Counted from the stretch's first letter, positions 17,284 through 27,631 are shown. The stretch: 64,000 nt of DNA from an uncultured virus (IMG/VR IMGVR_UViG_3300030060_006470) (IMGVR_UViG_3300030060_006470), one strand, 5' to 3'. The notes: a model not told the origin generated them from the sequence alone. A program made the numbers and translations.

Positions 17284-17601
17284 GTAAAGAATATACATTA
17301 GAAGAAAAAGTTGATTACTTAGAAAACCTATTAGGGTACAGACCAATTGAAACAGAATTACACACCAAGGAAGGTTTGGGCAGTTTTGAATGGGAAGTTA
17401 ATCAAGATTTTAGTCACTTATTTAAACCAAAACAAAGATGAGTAAAGAAATAAAACTAGCAGAACATTATTGTACAAGTGAATATGATATACTTGAAGAT
17501 AAAGGTAATGGTTATATTGTAGTAAAACTAAACGAACCCTTTAAGCACCATCCCACTGAAGAACCTAGTAATGTGTTTCTAACTCAAAAACCAAAACAAA
17601 G

Positions 17602-17790
17602 ATGAGTAAAGAAAGAGACTATAACAAAATAGATGCTTTGAAATACCTAGTGGAAACTGGTCCTAAGTACATAAACGAATGGACTGAAGCGGGTATGTAT
17701 CATATACTAAGAAAAGTAATCCTAGAAGAAACCGAGAGATATACTAAAGAAATGTTAGATGCACTATTAGTATGCGCATCAAATAATTAA
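17602..17790 (+). CDS. Hypothetical protein (MSKE array)
   Basis: MSKE start. Confidence 0.7.
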   Translation: MSKERDYNKIDALKYLVETGPKYINEWTEAGMYHILRKVILEETERYTKEMLDALLVCASNN

Positions 17791-17803
17791 ACGGAAAAGA
17801 AAG

Positions 17804-18079
17804 ATGGATAAAGAAGAACCATTAGACGTAGCAAATATACTAAGTAATATATTAGAAGAAGAATTAAAAAAGGTAAGAGAAGAATCATTTAAACCACTAA
17901 TGGAACTATTTGATAAGTATAATATTTCTCCTGAGAATAGACTTAAAATATTAGTAGAATCTCATATAGAAACAATTGAACACTTTAAGAAGAAGGGTCA
18001 AATAATGGAAGATACTTACCTGATAAGTGTTACCATGAAAAATATTGAGAACTTTAAAAAACAAAGTAAAGATGAGTAA
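17804..18079 (+). CDS. Hypothetical protein (MSKE array)
   Basis: MDKEE...QSKDE. Confidence 0.7.
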   Translation: MDKEEPLDVANILSNILEEELKKVREESFKPLMELFDKYNISPENRLKILVESHIETIEHFKKKGQIMEDTYLISVTMKNIENFKKQSKDE

Positions 18080-18213
18080 AGAAGAAAAAATAAAAATAAC
18101 ACTACCTGACGGAAATGAGATATCGTGGGAAGACTTTGTAAAGTCTACTCCAAAAGATGATATAATTGATGAAATTAATAAAGATATATTGGATAAATTA
18201 AAAAGGAAAGAAG

Positions 18214-19044
18214 ATGAGTAAAGAAGAAAATAAGAAAACTATAACATTAACTCTTGATGAATTGAAAGACGATTCCTTTAAAACTATAGATAATGTTAAA
18301 TATCTTTTACCTACTGATGAAACTGGCTCCGCAACTGAAAAGGATAAGTGGTGGTGGTACAAATCATTAAAGATTGACCAACCGACAATATATAAAAAGA
18401 TATTTCTGGACAATAACATCACACCATATGATTGTGAGTCTATCGTATATGAAGAATTTAATATAGATGAAATTGATTATCCAGACTACCTATCATTTAT
18501 AGGTTCTGACCAAAACGAACCATATGTATTTGTTGATGTAAAACTTAATGACGGTAGAAGATTTGTAGTGGAACGTATTAAATACCTATTTGGCTATATT
18601 AAGATAAAACAAATCCACAAGTTTTCATTTAAGGGTGAACCACACCTACTATATGAAGTTATCGATGAAAGAATAATGGAAGACCTTGACCCAGAATACT
18701 TCGATAGTGAGTACGACTTTTTCGCTGAATTATGTGGTTTTAAAAGAGACTACTGGCCTGATGAATTGGAAGAACTTGATATATATAGTGTCATGTATAA
18801 GAAAACCATGGAATTAAATATTCTAGGGACTATGGATGTATATCTAATCGTCAATGAAAATGGGTCTGTTGACTGCAATTTGGAGATATATCCTTCAGAT
18901 GACGATGTAGTTGATATGTTTGAAATAACAGATAAATTATTTGAACAAGAAGAAGATATACAAGTTATGCTTTCAATACTTAATGTAGCTAAGATTGTTA
19001 GCGATGATGATGCAGACTTTATATTAAATGAATTAATAGATTAA
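18214..19044 (+). CDS. Acidic hypothetical protein (MSKE array)
   Basis: 276 aa, D/E-rich. Confidence 0.8.
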   Translation: MSKEENKKTITLTLDELKDDSFKTIDNVKYLLPTDETGSATEKDKWWWYKSLKIDQPTIYKKIFLDNNITPYDCESIVYEEFNIDEIDYPDYLSFIGSDQNEPYVFVDVKLNDGRRFVVERIKYLFGYIKIKQIHKFSFKGEPHLLYEVIDERIMEDLDPEYFDSEYDFFAELCGFKRDYWPDELEELDIYSVMYKKTMELNILGTMDVYLIVNENGSVDCNLEIYPSDDDVVDMFEITDKLFEQEEDIQVMLSILNVAKIVSDDDADFILNELID

Positions 19045-19055
19045 AACAAAATAAA

Positions 19056-19622
19056 ATGGAAGAAACAATTAATTTCGAATTTAAAGTAAAAGAATTTAAA
19101 ACTAAATCAGGTGAAACCTTTAAACCCGATGTAGATAATCTTATTGCAATATTTAAAGGCTTTATACAGGATGAAGAAACAAGACTAGAAAACCTGGTTA
19201 AACATAAAGACGAGGAAGATGAACTTGGAGAAACACATGAGTTAACATACGAAGAAGCTAAAGACCCAAACTTCATATACCAAGAGAATGTATCCTACAA
19301 TACATCTGATGAAAAAACAAGTAGCTGGATGCATTATAGAACGCTAGAAAAAATAGTCCCAGAAGTAATCGAAACACTATACGCTGACACATCCCCAGAT
19401 AATTGTATTACCTACGATGTATGGATATACGAAACAATAAAATTCACTATGGAAATAAATGAATGTGAAAGAAGCTATTGTATTGATACCGAAGAATACT
19501 TTAAGGAAGAAGTACAAACATCTCAACTATATAGCATGGTCGTGGAACTAATGAAATTTGAATATGAAAAAACATCACATGTAGTATACTATACAATATA
19601 TGATGAAGATTACGAAGACTAA
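19056..19622 (+). CDS. Acidic hypothetical protein
   Basis: 188 aa, D/E-rich. Confidence 0.8.
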   Translation: MEETINFEFKVKEFKTKSGETFKPDVDNLIAIFKGFIQDEETRLENLVKHKDEEDELGETHELTYEEAKDPNFIYQENVSYNTSDEKTSSWMHYRTLEKIVPEVIETLYADTSPDNCITYDVWIYETIKFTMEINECERSYCIDTEEYFKEEVQTSQLYSMVVELMKFEYEKTSHVVYYTIYDEDYED

Positions 19623-19705
19623 AAAACAAAACAAATAATACCAATGAATAATTTGCATATGTCAAAAAAATTTATTATATTTACATTATTAAAAATAAAA
19701 AAAAG

Positions 19706-19987
19706 ATGAGTAAAGAAACGCCAAATTTATTTAGAACCGATGAATTGGTTCAATCAGAAAAAGCAATCGACTTTGCATTTAAATCATTGAAGGCTGAATG
19801 GAATCATGATGATGAGTTCCTAATGAAAGTAGCAAAGCAATTTGAATGTGCCTCAGAGGGTAACATCTTCCTAGACCAACTGGATGCTGCGTGTGATGAT
19901 ATACACGAAGGTTGGGTAAGATACTGTGAGTACAGAGATATTGAACACGAAATAGATGATAACCCTTTTATTGACGAAGATGAGTAA
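19706..19987 (+). CDS. Hypothetical protein (MSKE array)
   Basis: MSKE start; internal promoter upstream. Confidence 0.7.
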   Translation: MSKETPNLFRTDELVQSEKAIDFAFKSLKAEWNHDDEFLMKVAKQFECASEGNIFLDQLDAACDDIHEGWVRYCEYRDIEHEIDDNPFIDEDE

Positions 19988-20148
19988 AGAAGATATGAAA
20001 TATCCAAACTGGAATGGAATTTACGGATTCTTAGGTAATAGTATTTATGGAAATGGATTTGTCTATGCTGCTGAAACTGCAGAAAAGATAAAACTAAAAG
20101 GACAGGAAGTTCTTAAAGAATTATTAGAACAGAGATTAAACCAAGAAG

Positions 20149-20457
20149 ATGAGTAAAGAAAAAGAAATAGGGGAAAGATTAATAAACGTTATGACCAAAT
20201 TAGAAGATTTGGGAGTATTCTATGGAAAGAATTATAGCGGTGAATATCATGAAAAATATCCACATTCATCTTATTGGTTTAACATGGATATGGACCAACA
20301 CAGAGGTGGTTTTGAAACCCATATTATGTATGATGGGGATGAATATGAAACAATATCAGTAGGTGGTGGAGATAACGCAATAGAACAACTATTAAGTGTT
20401 CTTGAGAAATCATATAATAAAATTGTAGAATACTTAAACCAAAACAAAGATGAGTAA
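20149..20457 (+). CDS. Hypothetical protein (MSKE array)
   Basis: MSKE...LNQNKDE. Confidence 0.7.
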   Translation: MSKEKEIGERLINVMTKLEDLGVFYGKNYSGEYHEKYPHSSYWFNMDMDQHRGGFETHIMYDGDEYETISVGGGDNAIEQLLSVLEKSYNKIVEYLNQNKDE

Positions 20458-20734
20458 AGAAAATCCATTTTATAAAAAGTTATCCTATAATATAACTAGA
20501 GAAGGGTCTAAATATCCTTTTAGAAATGATTATACTTATAAGTTTTCAACTGGTCAGTTTTTAGAAAAAATAGATGATTTATCCAGCATGTCATCATATA
20601 CATACAACGAAATAAAACAAATAGCAATAGATTCATTAGTAGAAGAATTTAGAATATCATTAAACAGTGTAGTATTTGGAGACCCTGCTGGAAAAGATTA
20701 TATTAAATCAATAAACCAAAACAAAGATGAGTAA
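20450..20734 (+). CDS. Hypothetical protein (MSKE array)
   Basis: MSKE...INQNKDE. Confidence 0.7.
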   Translation: MSKENPFYKKLSYNITREGSKYPFRNDYTYKFSTGQFLEKIDDLSSMSSYTYNEIKQIAIDSLVEEFRISLNSVVFGDPAGKDYIKSINQNKDE

Positions 20735-21014
20735 AGAAGAAATTAATATAAATATGGAAGAAGTATACGTGTTTCCTCATGTGAGATATGTAGCATTACA
20801 CGGCAACCCTAAACCAACATATATCTATAAAAAGTACGTAGGCAACCACGAATCATTAACTAATGGAAAGGTATATGAATTCCATCAAGCCTTATTTTCA
20901 CCAAATAGAGAAACGACTAGAAAAAAGGTTTGGATAACCAAAACAGATATTGGACCATATGTTAGGTATGAAGACACAATAAACCAATGGGTAGATACAA
21001 GTAAACCAAAATAA
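20727..21014 (+). CDS. Hypothetical protein (MSKE array)
   Basis: MSKE...KPK. Confidence 0.7.
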   Translation: MSKEEININMEEVYVFPHVRYVALHGNPKPTYIYKKYVGNHESLTNGKVYEFHQALFSPNRETTRKKVWITKTDIGPYVRYEDTINQWVDTSKPK

Positions 21015-21016
21015 AC

Positions 21017-21271
21017 ATGAGTAAAGAAGAAAAAAAAGAATTGCCATTGATAAAACATCTACTTGATAAGATAGGTGATAGTGATATAGTACCAACAAGA
21101 AAGGTAACTACTAACATACTTTTTGCACCATCAATTGCTGGTGAAAGTAAAATAAAAAGAATGATAACTCACAACAACAAAATAGTTGGATGCTTATATG
21201 AAGATGATAATATAATTTGGTTCGATATGCCAGAAGCTGAAGAAGCTAAAAAATTATTAGAAGATGAGTAA
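21017..21271 (+). CDS. Hypothetical protein (MSKE array)
   Basis: MSKE...EDE. Confidence 0.7.
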   Translation: MSKEEKKELPLIKHLLDKIGDSDIVPTRKVTTNILFAPSIAGESKIKRMITHNNKIVGCLYEDDNIIWFDMPEAEEAKKLLEDE

Positions 21272-21479
21272 AGAAATAATATACGAAGTTGGAGATGTAG
21301 TTACAACACCAAGAGGTGAAGGTAAGATAGTCTATAAAGATGTCAACCCAGCGAACTATGAAGCAATTAAAGCACTAGATAGTATTGGTGATTGGTTTTA
21401 CATGGTAGAGCATAATGAAGATAACTGGTCTGGACCATATAAGTATTATCAATTAAACCAAAACAAAGAAGATGAGTAA
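21264..21479 (+). CDS. Hypothetical protein (MSKE array)
   Basis: MSKE...LNQNKEDE. Confidence 0.7.
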   Translation: MSKEIIYEVGDVVTTPRGEGKIVYKDVNPANYEAIKALDSIGDWFYMVEHNEDNWSGPYKYYQLNQNKEDE

Positions 21480-21637
21480 AGAAGAATTATACCAAAAGGT
21501 ATTACTAAAGTGGGGATTCAATTGGTTGCCAGCAACACCGCCAGGAACTTGTTTACATTCATTTGATGAATTCACTAGAAAGATAGAATCGGATAATGAA
21601 TTCTATAATAAAGTTGTTAAAGAAATAAACCAAGAAG

Positions 21638-21940
21638 ATGAGTAAAGAAAGATTTTATTTAAAGTGGGGATACAATGAACCGCGACACCCAAAAGAAACA
21701 CATGGAGAATTTACATGGGAAACTGGTATTGGAACAGATTTATTCAAAGGATACTTTCTAGTGTTTGATGAAGATACAACATTAAACCAATGGAGAGCAA
21801 AAGAAATTGAAATATGGGAAAACTTAATGAAAGACTTCAAACAAGATAATAAGGTTCAATCATTAGCTGCTGTAATTAAACCAAACGAAGAAAAAATAAA
21901 AAAGATTGAGTCAGATAATAATTTTATTAAATGGATTTAA
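21638..21940 (+). CDS. Hypothetical protein (MSKE array)
   Basis: MSKE start; stop is the motif TAA. Confidence 0.7.
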   Translation: MSKERFYLKWGYNEPRHPKETHGEFTWETGIGTDLFKGYFLVFDEDTTLNQWRAKEIEIWENLMKDFKQDNKVQSLAAVIKPNEEKIKKIESDNNFIKWI

Positions 21941-21952
21941 ACCAAAACAAAG

Positions 21953-22138
21953 ATGAGTAAAGAAGAAAAATTAAACATTAACATCACATTGACAGATGAA
22001 TCAGGGTTTATTGTAAAAGGAAAATCTAAAGTAACATTAGAAGCGTACAAAGATATCAAGAAGTTTCACAATCTATCTATATTAGACGAAACATTAGAAA
22101 TGATGTTAGAAAACTTAAACCAAAAAGAAGATGAGTAA
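21953..22138 (+). CDS. Hypothetical protein (MSKE array)
   Basis: MSKE...LNQKEDE. Confidence 0.7.
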   Translation: MSKEEKLNINITLTDESGFIVKGKSKVTLEAYKDIKKFHNLSILDETLEMMLENLNQKEDE

Positions 22139-22343
22139 AGAACAGCCAGTAGATTTAGGACAATGGCTTAAACACTTATCATTTTGGCATAATAAGTCAG
22201 ATGATGAATGTATTGAACTAGCAACAAATGAATATGGTGTAAATGCAGAAGAGGCTCTTAAAAATATATTTGAAAGAGATTTCTGTACAAGTATTAATAA
22301 TAATGTTGTAGAGAAATTATTAAACCAAAACAAAGATGAGTAA
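22131..22343 (+). CDS. Hypothetical protein (MSKE array)
   Basis: MSKE...LNQNKDE. Confidence 0.7.
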   Translation: MSKEQPVDLGQWLKHLSFWHNKSDDECIELATNEYGVNAEEALKNIFERDFCTSINNNVVEKLLNQNKDE

Positions 22344-22575
22344 AGAATTTAAACCAAAAAGAAAATTAAAGGAAAGATATTCATTAGAAGGTATTGCTAA
22401 AAGCAAAGGCATAACAGTTGATGAATTAAAGAACCAAATAAAAACTAACCAAGAAGAAAGGAAAAAGATATTAGATAAGTACATTAAAAAGGGTATGACG
22501 ACTGAACAAGCAAATAGAATGACTATGTTAGAACTATACATACCTGGATTTACTGGACCGACATTTAAAGATTAA
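22336..22575 (+). CDS. Hypothetical protein (MSKE array)
   Basis: MSKE start. Confidence 0.7.
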   Translation: MSKEFKPKRKLKERYSLEGIAKSKGITVDELKNQIKTNQEERKKILDKYIKKGMTTEQANRMTMLELYIPGFTGPTFKD

Positions 22576-22866
22576 ACCCAAACAAAGATGACTAGAAGAG
22601 AAGTAGAGGAAAAGATAAGTAAAGAAAAAAATTTTAACGTAGGATTAGGATTTGGAATAGCAATAGGAATAATCCTGACAATATGTTTGGAAATTGCATT
22701 TTTGCAACTCTACCGAATTATTAATTTGACTTAAAAACAAAAAAGAAGATGAGTAAAGAAGAAATTGATTTAGGAGAAATGATTAATGTGTGGATTAAAC
22801 ATCATGGAAGTTTAGATTTAGACACAGATGAACAAACAATTATTGACTTTTATAACAAAAAAAAAG

Positions 22867-23040
22867 ATGAGTAAAGAAGATAAGAAACCAAAATTAATTA
22901 TACCTTCAAAAGAAGATATAGAAAGAAATGAACAAATGCGGAAGGATATAGAATGGCTAAAAGAAAAAATTATTAAAGCATCTATGATTCCTAGAAAGTA
23001 TTTCGATAGTAAAGATAAAACAGATAATACCAATGAATAA
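22867..23040 (+). CDS. Hypothetical protein (last MSKE cassette)
   Basis: MSKED start. Confidence 0.65.
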   Translation: MSKEDKKPKLIIPSKEDIERNEQMRKDIEWLKEKIIKASMIPRKYFDSKDKTDNTNE

Positions 23041-23076
23041 TTTGCATATATAAAATATATTCCTTATACTTGTATT

Positions 23077-23403
23077 ATGAAATTAATAGATACATTAAAC
23101 AACCAATTAAAGGGTAAAAGAATCTTCGTATATAGATACGAACTTAAATTCCAACCAACACTACCTAAACAACTTCAGAAAACTATAATACATTACTACA
23201 TTAACACAGACAATGAAGACGCACATCAACTACCAAAATGGGAAGTAATAAACTTTAAAAAGGTCGAAGTAACTGTTAATAGTGTTGATGGTTATTTCGA
23301 AGATTATGAAGGGAACCATATACACATAAACTTTAATTCGTTAGAAGATGAAGAATATAACATGTATGTTCAAGTTAACCAAGAAATAGAAGTAATTAAA
23401 TAA
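23077..23403 (+). CDS. Hypothetical protein
   Basis: 108-aa ORF with its own promoter-like motif. Confidence 0.7.
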   Translation: MKLIDTLNNQLKGKRIFVYRYELKFQPTLPKQLQKTIIHYYINTDNEDAHQLPKWEVINFKKVEVTVNSVDGYFEDYEGNHIHINFNSLEDEEYNMYVQVNQEIEVIK

Positions 23404-23569
23404 AAGGATATGAAATTTATACCAGTACAAAAAGATAACGTAAAGACATTTAAATACAAGGTATACATACATGGTGATATTAATGAATTCTTAGAACAAC
23501 AAAATAGATGTATTATCACAGAAATTAAACTAATACATGAAGTAAAAAGAATACTCAGTAAGTAATTTA

Positions 23570-25190
23570 TATGTATGTTACTACACTAATTAATACACCC
23601 CTTATTACTTCATATAAGAGCCTCTAAGAGACTTTATAATATGTTCCTATAACTTATGTATTCCATATCCGTTTTGTCCTTATATTAGCACGTTTCGCTT
23701 TTTTGGGGTAAAGTGGGAAAATGTGGTAAACGGTGGTAAAGAGTGGGATTTTGAGTAAGAGCTGTACCAGGGAATATAAAATATATACTAAATAGGTTAT
23801 TTTATGGCATAATTAAGATTAACCTCTGGCCACCTACTCGACAAATTTTATATTATTTTTTATAAAATCCCTGTTAAATATACTATACGATATTTCTTAC
23901 CACAAATTACCACAGAAATTAATTGTACCTTTTTGTATATCCTAAAATGTACACATTTGTGTATATGGCGGCAGAATTATTTTGATATATAAAATGATAT
24001 TATCTGTGTAAATATATTGTATAATATATGTGTTTAAATATAGTATGATATATGATAGATATATTATATTGACTGGCATATAATATATGATTTAATAAAT
24101 GCCAGTAAATTAAAATACTGGCAATAATTAGTTAAGATATAACCTGCCATATATCCTATAAAAATATATTAATATAAATGTAATTACCTGGGGAGATATT
24201 GTCACGGGACCTACTGATATTATATACGATATACTAGTTGAATTATAACCTGTCATATATCATATATTATTTGACAATACTTTCCTGGGTCACTCAAATT
24301 GAGCATCCTCGTCCATCATACCCGTTCAGGTAATCAGGGGGTCATTTTCTCCCGTCCCAGAATGTACACATTTGTGTATAAGGTTCTGGTCCTGGCTTCT
24401 CCAGCTGCGTCTTGCTGGCCGTATATATTTATAATATTTATTTTGTATTAAATCCTGTTTTATATTATCAGGTTATATATCATATAATATATAATTCAAA
24501 TATATTGCGCCCGTTATTCTTAATAACTATTATTAGCGCTTATAATAATCAGGCTGCACCTATAATATATAATCCAGTATGTCTGTAGTGAAATGTATAT
24601 CCCTGGGTCTGGCCTCCAGCTGCATCGCGGGTCCCATAATAAAATTAACGGGAGCACCTGACGCCGTAAACCTTGTACGGGATAAAAGCTTGCAATGAAT
24701 TCTGGGGACCTGGGTCACCCGTGTGAGACTCTTAGGAAAATCTCGTGCAAGCTTGAGCGGTACCATGCTATGTTTTCAGGTTATACACAAATGTGTATAT
24801 GGTGCCGTCATCCTTATTCTAGATATCGATTGTTAAATATAAAATAACATTTAACGATTTTTATCCAGATACTAGGTTACCCGCGAGAATCTCTTCAGGC
24901 GGGATTAAAAATCATGAGGCAATATGCGCCTCATTTAAATATATGTTGCAATATACAAATAATATTTCAATTGACCAAATCTAAAATGATTTTTGGTCAG
25001 GATGTATATATTATATTGTATACGTATATATACGATTATAAAATATAAAGTAATATGCATATGTATGCACCTGGATGTTTCACCTGGCGTCATATCATGT
25101 ATCCTATTATATCGTATAATGTCATTAAAATATAGTAAAGATATTTCATGTGACCAAATATAAAATAAAATTAAAGAAATATTAAATAAT
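23570..25190. other. Large non-coding region (candidate origin, terminus or long ncRNA locus)
   Basis: About 1.6 kb without a credible ORF; alternating AT- and GC-rich blocks; three TACACAWWTGTGTA palindromes; many CCWGG/CCTG motifs. Confidence 0.7.
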
Positions 25191-25248
25191 ATTTGGATAA
25201 TAGGAAATAATATATTACATTTACAGAAATCATTTAAAAACATATAAT

Positions 25249-25746
25249 ATGAAGACGTATAAATTTAAAGTAGAAGTACCTGAAATTAACAATGGTAAAA
25301 GCAGTTTACTAGATAGCTTTATTAATGAAGCTAGAGATGAGCAAAGACAATTAGATATTACTCATAGGATTAATAAAAAAACAACGGAAGTACATAGACA
25401 GATACTTCTTGATTTTATTACTGAGATAAATGAGCAATTAAGTAGTATTGGTTTTAATGAGTTTAAACTCCGAATTGACCTTGGTATTGGAGATAATTAT
25501 TACTATGAGAGTGAAGCTAGATTGATAACCCCTAAAAAGTCTTATAGACTTTATATTATGGGGGAAAATGACCGAGAGTTTGAAGATAGTAAATATACTA
25601 CATTTACGGGTGAATATAAATTTAAATTCGGTATTAGTAACTCAGCATATCCGCAGAGTGTGGAGACTGTAGATGATGTGTTAACTAAGTTGAAAGATGA
25701 AATTATTGAGCATATTAAAAAAAATAGAGAAATAGTTGCAAATTAA
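25249..25746 (+). CDS. Hypothetical protein
   Basis: 165 aa with promoter. Confidence 0.75.
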   Translation: MKTYKFKVEVPEINNGKSSLLDSFINEARDEQRQLDITHRINKKTTEVHRQILLDFITEINEQLSSIGFNEFKLRIDLGIGDNYYYESEARLITPKKSYRLYIMGENDREFEDSKYTTFTGEYKFKFGISNSAYPQSVETVDDVLTKLKDEIIEHIKKNREIVAN

Positions 25747-25791
25747 ATTATATTGTTTTATATTTACAGAAATCATTAAAATTATAGAGTT

Positions 25792-26283
25792 ATGGGATTA
25801 GATATGTATTTGAGTAAAAGAACTTATGTTAAGAATTGGAACTTCCAAAAGGATGAGGAGAAACATAAGGTAACTGTAAAATTCAACGGTAAGTCTAGGA
25901 AGGACATTAAACCTAAAAGAATTAGCCACATAATAGAAGAGGTTGGTTATTGGAGAAAAGCTAACCACATACATAGTTGGTTTGTTGAGAATATTCAAGA
26001 TGGTAGAGATGAGTGCCAAGAGAGTTATGTTTCATTGGAACGGTTAACAGAGTTAAGAGATTTATGTAAAGAGGTTGTTAAGTATAAGAATAGTGAGTTT
26101 AACAATGACAACTTACCTACTAGTAGTGGTTTCTTTTTCGGTAGTACTGAATATGGTGAGTATTATTATGAGGATTGTAAGGATACTATTAAAATACTAA
26201 ATACTATTCTTAAGGATGAAGAGATTATACGTGATACTAAAGGTATATACAGTTCAGAATATTATTACCAAGCTAGTTGGTAG
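25792..26283 (+). CDS. Conserved phage hypothetical protein (MGLDMYL family)
   Basis: MGLDMYL...YWRKANHIHSWF...LPTSSGFFFGSTEY...YQASW. Confidence 0.85.
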   Translation: MGLDMYLSKRTYVKNWNFQKDEEKHKVTVKFNGKSRKDIKPKRISHIIEEVGYWRKANHIHSWFVENIQDGRDECQESYVSLERLTELRDLCKEVVKYKNSEFNNDNLPTSSGFFFGSTEYGEYYYEDCKDTIKILNTILKDEEIIRDTKGIYSSEYYYQASW

Positions 26284-26388
26284 TATTTACTAGGGTTTGA
26301 AAAAAACTTTAAAGAAATATTAAATAATATTTGGATAATACAAAATAATATATTATATTTACATTGTAATCATTAAAAGATAAACGTT

Positions 26389-27315
26389 ATGAGCGAGATT
26401 AAAGACAGAGTACAGAAGATTTTAGTTGACAATGCACTAGACTTCAGAATTGAAAAATTACCAATGGTAGCTTCAAGACCTTCTATTTCGGTAGATGTGA
26501 ATGGGGACATGGTAAATGATATTGAGTATGTTGATTCTCAGTATTTCGGATTGTATAATACCAAGTCAGGTAACATTCTTAATACAGTTAAGGAGGGTTA
26601 TACGGTTTCTCAGAATGACGAGGTTGTGGAATTGGTATTGAGAGGTATGGATGGCTTTGGAGAGTTGTCTGTGTCAAAAGCGGGTTCACTTAATGATGGA
26701 CGCAGAGTATTCATTCAGTTGGGTATTGATGGGTTTGCTAAGGTAGGTGATGATAAGATTAAGAGGTACGTTACTGTGATTGATTCTAATGATGGTAGTA
26801 CTGGGTTGTCAATTGGAATTGGTGATTTGACAATGAGTTGTTCAAACCAATTCTTTCAGTTCTACAAGAGTGGACAGTCTAAGATGAGGCATACGGCGTC
26901 ATTGGAGTCAAAATTAGTTGAGGTTCCTAACTTAATAGGTTTGGCTTTAACTCAGAGCATGAGAATGACTGAGGTGTACAGAGAGTTCACTACTCACAAG
27001 GTTACCGATAAGAATACGCATAACCTTGTGGAAGCGATTATGGGCGTGTCTAGATTGTCGAGCACAAAGGACATTTCTGAACTTTCTAAGAGGTCTGTTA
27101 ATGCGATGGATACCCTTTATGAAATGATTAGAGTTGAGATGGCTCAGAAGGGTAAAAACGCATGGGGGTTACATAGTGGTGTAACTAGATGGACAACACA
27201 CGAGAAGTCTGCGCCACGTAGAGAGAATGGACGAATGGAGAGCATGATGGTAGGTACGAACTACCGAACTAACCAAAAGTCATTGGAATTCACTAGAGAG
27301 TTAGTGGGTGTTTAA
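26389..27315 (+). CDS. DUF932/DUF945-like phage/plasmid protein
   Basis: YTVSQN, AGSLNDGRRVFI, SNDGS, SCSNQ, RHT, NAWGLHSGVT pattern. Confidence 0.8.
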   Translation: MSEIKDRVQKILVDNALDFRIEKLPMVASRPSISVDVNGDMVNDIEYVDSQYFGLYNTKSGNILNTVKEGYTVSQNDEVVELVLRGMDGFGELSVSKAGSLNDGRRVFIQLGIDGFAKVGDDKIKRYVTVIDSNDGSTGLSIGIGDLTMSCSNQFFQFYKSGQSKMRHTASLESKLVEVPNLIGLALTQSMRMTEVYREFTTHKVTDKNTHNLVEAIMGVSRLSSTKDISELSKRSVNAMDTLYEMIRVEMAQKGKNAWGLHSGVTRWTTHEKSAPRRENGRMESMMVGTNYRTNQKSLEFTRELVGV

Positions 27316-27329
27316 ATAGAGATTGTGGG

Positions 27330-27352
27330 GAGGTGAGTTATTCACTTCCCCA
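27330..27352 (+). terminator. Putative terminator hairpin
   Basis: GGGGAGGTGA/TCACTTCCCC stem after the DUF932-like gene; weak T tail. Confidence 0.5.
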
Positions 27353-27432
27353 TGTTAATAACTTAATTTGCATGGGTGGAATTTATTTCGTACCTTTGCA
27401 AATTTTTTATTTGTGGGGGGTAAAAAAAATAT

Positions 27433-27498
27433 GGTGTAGGTTGGAGTCTACTCTTTCGACTTATTTAAGACAGACCCGTTTCGCTTTCGCACCAACAA
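27433..27498 (-). ncRNA. Small structured RNA, copy 1
   Basis: Own minus-strand promoter (27501-27532); GTTGGTGCGAAAGCGAAACGGGTC...GACTCCAAC; homologue at 40159. Confidence 0.65.
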
Positions 27499-27631
27499 TG
27501 TAAATATAAGAATTAATAATGTAAGTTCCAAATAAAAAGTGGGTTATTTTTTATTTAATTTTTAATGCTAAATAATTTTTTATATTAAATATTATTTTGT
27601 ATATTGCAGTATCATTAAAAAAACAGATGTC

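Larger units (their letters stand above)
12730..23040 (+). repeat. Cassette-like array of about 40 small ORFs joined by the motif TTAAACCAAAACAAAGATGAGTAAAGAA
   Basis: Motif or close variant at ATGs 12979, 13428, 13693, 13887, 14196, 14392, 14947, 15079, 15313, 16380, 16555, 16837, 17280, 17438, 17602, 18072, 18214, 19706, 19980, 20149, 20450, 20727, 21017, 21264, 21472, 21638, 21953, 22131, 22336, 22749, 22867 and others. Confidence 0.92.

Noticed and set aside
12730..23040. CRISPR array or classical integron
   Set aside because: Spacers are coding and 130-830 bp long, the repeat is degenerate and non-palindromic, and there are no attC-like inverted repeats, cas genes or integrase in the window.
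24685..24830. Cloning-vector polylinker contamination
   Set aside because: The palindromic sites are dispersed rather than contiguous, and the segment contains the genome's own TACAC..GTGTA palindrome.
24560..25243. Minus-strand ORFs of 68 and 102 aa
   Set aside because: Atypical composition, no leader motif, and they run through promoter or low-complexity sequence.
27433..27498. Hammerhead ribozyme call for the small minus-strand RNAs
   Set aside because: GAAAC and GTC are present but the CTGANGA core is absent.
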